Part shown: piece by piece, positions 48,453 through 64,000 of the stretch
How the letters are laid out: every line of letters begins with the position of its first letter
Numbering within the stretch: position 1 is the first letter of the stretch
DNA from: Acanthaster planci
Lineage: Eukaryota
Length of the DNA stretch: 64,000 nucleotides
Direction: 5' to 3'
NCBI RefSeq assembly: GCF_001949145.1
Contig: NW_019091356.1
Location: 2,240,932 to 2,304,931 of the forward strand
Translations under genes and position numbers: made by a program
Notes under the pieces: model-generated
What the model saw: only the letters and a program-made list of their open reading frames with translations
Told to the model about the DNA's origin: nothing
Databases searched by the model: none

Positions 48453-51400
48453 CCTATTCGGGCAGGAAACCCATACCTGTTTCCAGTTACGGGGTCCTCA
48501 GTCACATAGAGGCATTATGGCCGTGTGTGGCTTGACTTGAAGATCGAAACACAAGTGACCTTTAACCCTGATTTGCCTTTGTAAATGTCTGATCTTGTTC
48601 ACAGTACGCTGTTTTACAAAACACCAGCTGTTTTAAAATCATGTCACAAATGTTGTGTGGAACAGAGAAAGGAATCTTTAGGGGAGGTGACTGATAATTG
48701 CTTCTCTCTCTCTCTCTCTAGTAAAGGTCTTTTCTCCAAAATTCCTAGAAAATGTTCAGATGAAAATGAGATAGCCCTTTGACATTGTAATGCAGAGATT
48801 TCCCACAGCAATACAAGTAAACTTAGGGTGTACTCCTCCGCCAAAAGAAATTCATGTTTTGACAGGGAAAATCTCTCAAATACTTTCACATGCGTGATTA
48901 AAAAAAGAGAAAAAATATTTTGGATTATAGATAGTATTTGTGAATCCAGCTTGAAAGAAACTAAATTCTACTGGCTGACTGTAAGTTTTCGTTACTTGGA
49001 ACTTTTGATCTGTTTTCTCAAAGTTGAATGAAAGTAAACTTATAAAAAGGACTTCTCAACTTTATATTTTTCATTTTTTTCCCCTCCTCAGGATTTTTAT
49101 CTCTTTCAACTTTTTTCTTTTATTCATAGCTATATGTTCTGTTTTAGAAATCTAGACAATGTATGATGTAATTTATTCGTGTATCGTGTTTGTATTGATT
49201 GCCTGTTGAGGGTTCACTGTGGGCGGAGTAAATGTAGAGATCCGTTGGTAAATTTAGAAGCGCTGTGGTGCTTTGTGCTTGCATGACAGTTTGTCCAATG
49301 CTTGAAAGTTGTAAGTAGCCTTGCTCTGAGGCAGGGGCAATTTTTAATGACTTGACTTCCATCTTTTTTCCCAAGAAGTATACAGCCAAGGAGATAAGCC
49401 TTTTTTCTACTGGCAGACACTGTTTTATTACAAAATTGTGTTTAGGTCTCCCACCACTTTGTCTAAAAACGCTCACAGGCCGCTGAAATTTAAAACCTCA
49501 GAGAGAAAGACCGTGGAAGCAGTGGCCTCCGAAGGTTAGAACATCCAGATATTCTTGAATTGGATGGATACGGCATGAGGCTAGTCAAAGCCGAGACCAC
49601 TGTTTTTATGGTCCATTGCTTTCCCCAAAGTTAGCATAATTTGGCTTGTGTGACATTGGACAGTATATCAAGAATTTGTATGTACTTATTTTTGGTCAGT
49701 TACATTACAGAATGCTAAGATTGATCATCAAACATTACTAGGTAATGTACTTGTATATGATCTTTTTGTTGCTGATGCCTATTACACCAGTGGCGAAGTA
49801 TCCTTTTTTGCTGTCTGATATAGCCCGCTGCATTCCTCTGTTGGCTGTTGTTTCAGAAATCTGCCACCGGTGATTACAATTCTTGCCAAATTTCCAATCT
49901 CTGTTTCAGATCAGTTAGAGATCTCCCAAGATGTCAGTAGAGCCTAGACTTATGCTGTTGGTACCGTGGTTCTTTTTATTTTCTTTCGAAGGGCATTTTT
50001 GGCCGCCTAACATTCCGTGTCGCATGTAATATGTTATCATGGCTGTGAGAAATTACGATTTATTGTATCTGAAATTAATTGTGAAATAACGCTCATGTAT
50101 AGTTTCTTTCAAAGCACCCTGAAGTTGTGTCTTTACGACGTAGCTGTTGGTTCAGTTGTAATTATACACAATTCTTGCGGTGCAGGCCACGGCTGGAATA
50201 ATGATGACCCCCCTCGGAAGCCATTCATGGGGGCCAGTCATGTTTAGCAGCGAGCAGTGTTTCTGCACCCACAAACACTTCAGACCTGTAAGCACACACG
50301 CTGTGACTCGGGCAAAAAGTACAGCATTTTTTGTTCTCTCCATGTTGTCATTCCTTCTCTCAGTCAGAAGTGGAGGGGTCAAAATACACCTGTCTATCCT
50401 GGCATTAAAGTGGACCTTGACTTTAATGTAAGAGCATAAATTATTCTAATTACAGCTTCCATGCAGATGCAGGCAAAGAACAGGTTGCAGATGCTCGAGA
50501 CGACAAAAATAAAAATCATCAGGGAAACAATATTAGGCTCTTTTTAATAGCGTTTCTGTGCGATATATCTCGTAGGATTTGTCATCAACTTTATACATCT
50601 GTGGACTGATGTTCGGGTGTGCTCCGAGCATCTGAACCAAGTCTTCTTACTTGTAATGTTCACATTTTCTTCAGTGATTGAACAGTAACTGGGGGTGGTG
50701 TGTGTGTACTAATTGTGGGGGAATGAAGCCTTCCGTGTATTTTGAGCGAGAAAACATTAAACCTGAAGAACTAAATTTCATAAAATGGCGTCCGAGTTCT
50801 CTTTCTTATGAACAATAATTAATCTCAAGTCGATGGCTGTGATTGTGATTGATGAAAGTGTCTGATCACTTTTCACGGGGCAAAAGCGAGCTTTACTCCA
50901 GTTTTTTTTAAATGAAGTGCCCTATTCTTCAAAACCATTTCGAAAAAAAATACTTAAACACCACTGAAATAAGCAACATGTTTGAGCATGCATTCATATT
51001 TACAGACAAACACATTTATTTAAAAACTGACTCTGTATTTTAACCAGACAAGTATTTCAAGATCAAATTGTATTGTAAGCATTAAAAAAAACTACGATTC
51101 AAATGTTTGACGTCACTACGTGTAAATGACATTTGTTTCCTGTCCACACCCAGGTCTTTGTTGACACAGAACGTGTCAATATAATGTGAAAATTCTTGAA
51201 GACTTCAGTCATGGGGAACTGAAATAGAATTCATGATAAAAGGATTAATATTTTAAAGAAAACTTACGCAACTGTTAATGAACGACAGTTGTTAATTGAC
51301 GGCAATAAACACAAAACATTCATGAACAGAAGTACAGATGGACGTACATTTACTTGTAAACTGACTTCCATTTAAGAAATATAATTATGCACAGTCGAGT

Positions 51401-54400
51401 CAGACTGGACCCCTGAGTCATTGAAGACTGATTTACTTGATATGTAAACGGAACAAACTTTCAAAGGACAGGGCCACAAGTAATAAATCTATCACTAAAC
51501 TATGAGAACATTTTCTGAAGTCTTTTTTTCCCCTGAAATCAAATGTCAATCGACTGATAGAATTTCTAGCATTGAGTTCTTCCACTGCTTTATGTTCCAG
51601 CAACTATTCTGCCCTCCCCCCAAAAATGACTCGAAAAAGAGCTATGTTTCCTAGACTAGGGAAACTCAAGTCTGGTGAACCTCACTCTAATGTTATCTGC
51701 ATCTCACTGTCAAATAAATAGCCACGTCAAATTTCTTCAAAACTGTTTTCTCTCAAAAGTGGTACCACTTGTAATCAGTTGCATTTATAAATTTACGAGT
51801 GTAATTGCATTGGGGTTAGTCTTGTGGCTAGGGTCAGCTTCAAACTTCCTCCTGAGATTAATGACAATACAACAGTCCAAGAGTTCAGTTTCGCAAAGAA
51901 AAACCTGACAGCTGGATTTTTGAAATTTGGCAGTTTTGTTCGGTGCTACTGTCCACCTTCCCAAGTACAAGTCATTCGACACGATGCTTGAATTGAAGTC
52001 ACACATTGATTCATTACAAATGGCTATGGTAAAATTTACGTCAAAATCACCAAAATCAAGCAAAATATGATACATGACGCACAGCTGTTGGGCTGAAATA
52101 AGGCCACAGAAAGCTTGACAACACAGTCACTCCATCTTATGGGTTCCATGCACAATGAGGCCGGGCCCGACTACCTGGTTCCCGCCTCGAGGACAAATGA
52201 GTAAGAGTGATAATGGAGGGACGGGGAACAGTCTACCTATGTCCACTGGTATACGTACATTATTTAAGATGAAGACTATAGCACGTGTCAACCAGTGAAG
52301 GTTATCAGCTGTTGGTGGTCACTCCCAAGGGAAATGGTTGCCTGGTATAAATGAAGCATCCTCCCTCACCTGTGCCCAGAGCCCCGTTTGTTCCGTAACC
52401 GTGGTATTTGGTACTGGCTATGTCACCAACATTTGAGAATGAAAAACACAAAATGTAATGCATGTAGACACTCCCTGCTAGTCAACGTACAACCTCACAC
52501 GAACACACAAAGTTTCTTGACTTGGAGGGGGAAAAGTATTTTAACTCATATTTTTGAGTGCATAATATCACAGTCCTTTCATGTTGACAGCGACTCTTAC
52601 AGCATCGACATGTACAATGTTCTTAAAAAGCAATACACTTCTCAGGCACTGTCTTCTGGCGACTGATTCAAATGTTTAATATAAAACACTTGCATCAGAG
52701 CAAACATTCAGCATTCCACGGATGGTTCTTTTCAAAAAAAAGACAGAGCCCTGGCTTCTTCTTCTCATTCAAATTGGTCACATGATTACTTTCCACTTAT
52801 TCAAATTTATTCATGATTACTTCAAATGTTCTGTAGTTACATCCATTACATGGGAAGGCATTCCATTTTTGGACAGAGAGAGGCTTAAGTCCAAGCACCA
52901 ATCAGAGCAAGTGCGTAGGCTTTCTTGTTATAATCAAAATTTAGGCCCAACTGAGAGCAATGACCCATTGAGTATGCAGCCCCTGCCAAGGCTGTTTTCC
53001 AGTGCTCAGTGTCATCACTGTCTCAGGTATCGTCTCTTTTTTTAAACCTCCCAAGTTTGAAAATGTGAGCTCAATAGTAAGTTCAACAGTGTCACAGAAA
53101 CATCAAAAAGATGCAAACAAGTGACAGTGCTTCAATTTAATTTGAGTGCTGCAGACCTACAATCAGAGATTGACTTTGGAGAGGAAGTCTGAGACGGGGA
53201 CGAGGTCAAGTAAACGGCTCGAGCTCAAAAACGAGGCAGCTTGACCCCCCCCCAAAAGATGACATAAACCAGGAATGAGTTGTGCACATTTGTTGTTAGG
53301 GACACACTGTCCTAATGATGACGCAATGACAATCATTGGAATGCCACCCAATCTTTTTAAACACAAATCCACAAAGATATTCATTAATCTGCTCTTTAAA
53401 AAACGAGTTTGATAGACTTAAAGGCTTAGTATTTGTACAAATATTAAATTCCAAACATCGGTTTGTGAAATTGTGAAATATATAACTCTATCCTGTTCCT
53501 TCCTTTCTCAACCCACCCAACTATCTATGAGAAGTAATTAGGGCTGAATATGAAGGATGAAACATTCAGTTCTTGAAACCAAATCAAAAACCAAAAAATC
53601 TGCATGCTTTTTAAAGCTAAATTACATACAAAGCTACTGAGAATACATCTATAATGCAAAACAATGAACATGGTGGCAAATTTCGAAGAGTGTCTACTGA
53701 CGACAAAACCTTGACACAAACCATTTGAAATGAACAAGAAACAAAATAAAACCAGCCATACAGATTTTGCAGAATACCAACTGGGTGACCCTCTTCAGAG
53801 CACTCAAAGTTCAAATTCGTGGGCATGCTATTCGCAGCAAAAGAACACTCAGCAAATGCATACGCTGAAGAGCCAATATCGCCTACGAATATCGAAAGGG
53901 CTATAGGCCTACACCACATTATAGTTTGGTTGGTGCTTGGTGGTCTGTTCTTGCTGAGCAAGTTTTTTTTTTTTCCCCTGCTTAGGGCCGTGTCTGAATC
54001 ACTAGGCTGCGGCTGAAAATACACACAACCCCATGGGAACTTGCTGTGGCTTGTGTGCAATTTCTAGCCACAACCAAGCACATGTAATTCAGATACTGCC
54101 TCAGCAAAGTTCTGCACTCGGTGGTTACATAAAATAAGGTTCCTGGTTCTCAACAGAACCTAATGCAGTTCTAAGGAATAACTGGATGAGGTAAACGTTC
54201 CCTTCAAACTTAAAGGAATAATTTGAATGGCTTGCTTTATTCCCACTCGTGAATGGCAACTCTGTCCACATCAATAGTAGCTTACGTGACGAAATGACGA
54301 CAGCAACTATGATTCATTCTTTGCTAACGCTCTCATTAAACCAAAATCGCACTGTTGTATATATTTATACACTACTCAAAGTTTGCCTATCACCAAGGTG

Positions 54401-55504
54401 GACACTGGAAAGCTGCCATGCCTGCCTTTGTGCCGAGCAGAGTCGACCTTTAGATCAAATTAAAAATCTATCCTGCCAAAGTCGGCTGGAAGGAAGGCGG
54501 GGATGTAAGGCTCAAACGCGTCTCAAAAATACAAGAGGGTACCTTTTTAAAACCAAAGAGGCAATAATCAGTAGATGGACTCGCACAAAAAAACATAATA
54601 CATGTAGCCACTACTGACTGATATCCCGACACCACATCCCATTCACAAATTTGGCCTACGACATTTCTTTATCCTCTAGTTTGGCCGCCGAATCTCACAT
54701 GGTTTCCTAGACTGAAAAAAGGGGCTGAAAATAGTGAGCCGTCACGTCCTTAAACAGTATAAACTCGCATCTCTGCGCTGCTTTCTGTACATGTTATAAA
54801 AATCACTACTAACACTTTCAATCTGTTATTCTCAGAAAAAATTCTCTACACAACTGAGTCCATCTTGTCTTGGAAGAACAGCATACATATTACATTAGGT
54901 ATAAAATACATTCATTACAAATACGACAGAAAGGTTGTCCTCATTTTTCACCTCTTACACCACTCCAAATTCAAGCTAGAAGCTACAAGATCTTGTCCTT
55001 TTCTTCATTGGCTTCAAAGTATAGTAATCCTTAACATTCTTTCCTGATCATATTTACATACATACACCTGGTTGTTAATAGCTTCTCACCTGTAGCATCC
55101 TGGGGGAGGAGTGAACAGCCAGAATTCCCAAGGTGATTTTTTTTCCTGCTCTTTTGCGCCCCAGGGTAACAACTTACATTGTCAACCGCTGTTGAAAACT
55201 TGAGGCCACATTCAAACCTGCTTTAACCTGCTTGTGACTAAGACAATCCATTCTCTGGCCAGTATCAACCACTGTTTTTACATATTACAAAGGTTACACG
55301 TGATTTAACTTTTGACAATAACTGACCTTCCATTTTCACCGCGAAATGCATAGAATGAACACACTCAACAGACTAGTTTAGGTCCGAGAGATCTATGTAT
55401 GCGCTGAATGAAATATAACTAGCCATGTGTATTCAACTCACAAGAGCTGAGAGAAGCACAAGTAATGTGCACGTATGCAAATGGTGCAAGAGCACGCAAC
55501 CAAT

Positions 55505-55635
55505 TTACAACTGAACGTACACAAAAAAAATGTTCAACTGAATGTGCACAAAAAATTTCAACAGTATGTGTACAACTTTTTTTGCTGAATGTGCACACAA
55601 AAAAATTTGATTAAATGTGCGCACAATTTTTGAAC
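55505..55635. repeat. Degenerate ~25-bp tandem repeat in presumed SMAD4 3' UTR
   Basis: About 5 units resembling ACTGAATGTGCACAAAAAATTTCA. Confidence 0.65.
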
Positions 55636-56095
55636 TTAACAGAAAACAGACAATTGTTGGGGTTCACTTTCTACACGGAAGGAGTGGTCTTTGCCACCCG
55701 AGGCAAGTCTAAACATCCCTTCTTCAGTTTCACAACATTTCAATGTTTTAGGAAGCGGGGAGAGGGGCAGCATGCAGCATCAAGTTGTGGAAAATCTCTG
55801 ACAAAAATGCTGGGATGCCGACCAAGCTTATCAGCAATCAATCCAACAATAAAAACTCCGGCAACTTCTCAAGGGGAATTTTCTGACATCCTCCGGCAAC
55901 GTCTAGTCCAGTCCACACTCAGGGAGTCCAACAGTGGCAATGTGTACAGAGTTCAAAGAAAAAGCATGTCCACCCCCAGAAATCTGACTGACCATTTCCC
56001 CTTGCAGCACTTTGTACAAATTTGTGAGTTTCAGATCAAAACTCCAAGAGTTATCGGGGACGCCTGGAGAAAATGTCTTTTAAGTCGCCTCCTTC

Positions 56096-61786
<5,691 letters not shown>

Positions 61787-64000
61787 CTGCAATGCAACAC
61801 ACAAAATGTAATGGGTGTGCGTTTCCTCTCTTCGAACCACAGGCTCCAAAAATTTTCATCTCTCAATACATTCTGGGGATTTAAAACTGGTAGTTAGCAT
61901 TTGGCAAGATAAATCCAATCTGCACTGAATCCACCGAACAACCAGTCCCTGTTTTGGCGGCATTTCATCAAGCCAGCCTCTGTGACCTGTACTCGCTCAT
62001 AAAAATTACAAGTAGAAAGATCTGTAAAGGATTTGCTCTTGGTCAACAATTTTCATAAGCACTGTATATTCAGTGATGTCCTGGGGTATGCGAGCGGAAA
62101 AAAAAAATCACAAGTGTGCTCGAGCGAGAATACATGTATCTGCTATGTTTACGTGCTCAGTGTTTTCTACTTTGAAATTCTGAAAACTCGTTCCCTGGAG
62201 TGGAAATGCAATTACGGAACATCAAAGCTATTACTAGAACCATTACTAAGAAATAGCAGAACAAAACAACGTATCAAAAAGCTGGTTATTTAAACCACTT
62301 GAAAGTGTATTTTTGAAATGTCTGAACTACACAATTGAAGCAAAGAATAAATCACTGTTAGCAGAACACTATAACTACAAGCCGCAACTTTAGGGAGCAA
62401 AACCAAAAGGTTGTTAGCGATCTAAATAAAATTTGCCACTTTGGTTTACTTGTCTTCCGAGGCCAAACTTAACCCACAAATAAACTTTTTAAGACAATCC
62501 TCTAGGGGTTTTTATCTCAGTAATCTTCACTGTTATTCAGGTTAACAAAAAAGAGGGGTAACTTGACAGGGGTCTACTTTGTTCTCCCTGTCAGCGATCG
62601 ACAGCAAACAATCTGGTCGACCTACATCTTGTGGGAGGTCAAAAATGTCAACTGCAGGCTGTTTGCCGAGAAAAAGAGAGATCCGCCCATCCTCTGAGAG
62701 AGGAATGCAGTTGTCTCATCATCTCTCGGAGGAAGTGGCTTAATGTCAGGAAGAGGAAGCTAACTAATAAGGAACAAATGGGCCCCGCACTTGGCACTTG
62801 CAGCCTGCCAAAGCACTTTGGCGACATGAAGCTCTTGTTTTGTCTTCTTCTGTGTGTCTTTTGGGACCGAGGGCACGGGAAGGTCAGAGAGAACTTGAAC
62901 ATGCCGATATGCGCTATGGCAGATAGACCCCTTAGCAAATTAATGCGGGCTTTTTATTGATCATAAAAACAAAAACGTTGGCGGGATCTACAGCGAGGAT
63001 CAGTCTAACTGCTTGGTGACCGACTTTACAGTGACTGGTGTGACATGACAGGTGTCCTTGTGCTGAAAATGCTGAGAGATAGTGACGATGCAAATGGAAC
63101 AGTGGTCATGGTATGAATGTTAATTGCAAGAATGGCATTTATCCAGATCCCAAGCATTTCTATGTGGTCACTCCGAGAAATTGAAACAAAGGAAGAATTG
63201 GAACAATTTAAAGGACAGACTCTGGTACAATCTGAATGGATCTGTCAAGATAAGGGAATTTATAACGGGTTTTGCCCTTACCCAAGGGCAAAACCCGTTA
63301 TAAATTAACATCTCCCCAACGCAAAATACATCTTGAAAAAAGAAAGATCAGTGAAGTTACCAACTGAGTGGTTATTCTTGACTGAATCGATGTGAGGAAA
63401 ATTGATGACTAACTGTCCACAAGTAACAAGTTTAACCAATTGGTCTGTTGGTCAAATGACTAAAGATCGAGAGCTCATGAGTCTACAAGGAAAGCTGAGA
63501 GTTGAAAGGCCTTTTCGTCACAGGGATTTTTTTTAAAAAAAGCAACCATCTTGAAAAAACTTTGAGCATAGTTGCTTTGAATAGAAGCCAAAACAATGTT
63601 AAAATAAAATTCGTATTTAAAGAATTCAAACAAAACCTGCAGGATTCACTGTACTGGCATCCTGTCAAAACTTATATGTACATGCAGATACAACAAAGCA
63701 TGTTGATTCACAAATGCCAACAGCCATAAAGATTCGAATTCCAAAAGCTTATAGATGGTTCCTGGTACCTGACAAATATCTCTGCAGGTGAAAGCGGGGA
63801 ACCAGTTTTGTTCTGAACAAATCCAACAATCAGGCCATGTTCAATCACTTAGCCGCGGCTTGAAATTACATGAGTACATGACAGTGGCTGCAGTCAATAC
63901 CCATAGAGTCATGTGTAACAGGGCTTTGGTCTGTGCAACAGCTGTTGGGATCCTTCCAACATGATGAAGGACCTCCCCGATATACAGTGACAGGCACCGC

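Noticed and set aside
49798..49806. U12-type donor consensus GTATCCTTT
   Set aside because: Lies downstream of the LMAN1 stop with no matching TCCTTAAC branch site. All assembled introns look like ordinary U2 GT-AG.
63000..64000. Additional upstream SMAD4 exons (candidates near 63020-63062 and 63769-63781)
   Set aside because: Weak donors or a frame-incompatible length, and no similarity to SMAD4 MH1 or linker that I can recognise.

Overview
Intron-rich metazoan genomic DNA, probably from an invertebrate bilaterian (AT-rich introns, many TACATGTA motifs, three N-gaps plus one single N). I assembled five spliced protein-coding genes by hand from GT-AG junctions with consistent intron phases. 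They are an LHFPL2-like tetraspan (+, 2 coding exons, 247 aa), DPP8/9 dipeptidyl peptidase (-, 16 coding exons, 848 aa), BLOC1S6/pallidin (+, 5 coding exons, 238 aa; head-to-head with DPP8/9), LMAN1/ERGIC-53 (+, 13 exons, 527 aa) and the 3' part of SMAD4/Medea (-, 7 exons; the MH1 domain lies beyond the window). Introns hold several non-autonomous DNA transposons, including one nested insertion, two tRNA-derived repeats and minisatellites. I found no novel multi-gene system. The most unusual signals are in the proteins: a PPxY-bearing insertion in the SMAD4 MH2 domain, loss of the SMAD4 T277-equivalent priming site, and a His/Gln/Pro insertion in the LMAN1 lectin domain. All comparisons to human or other reference sequences are from memory and need alignment.
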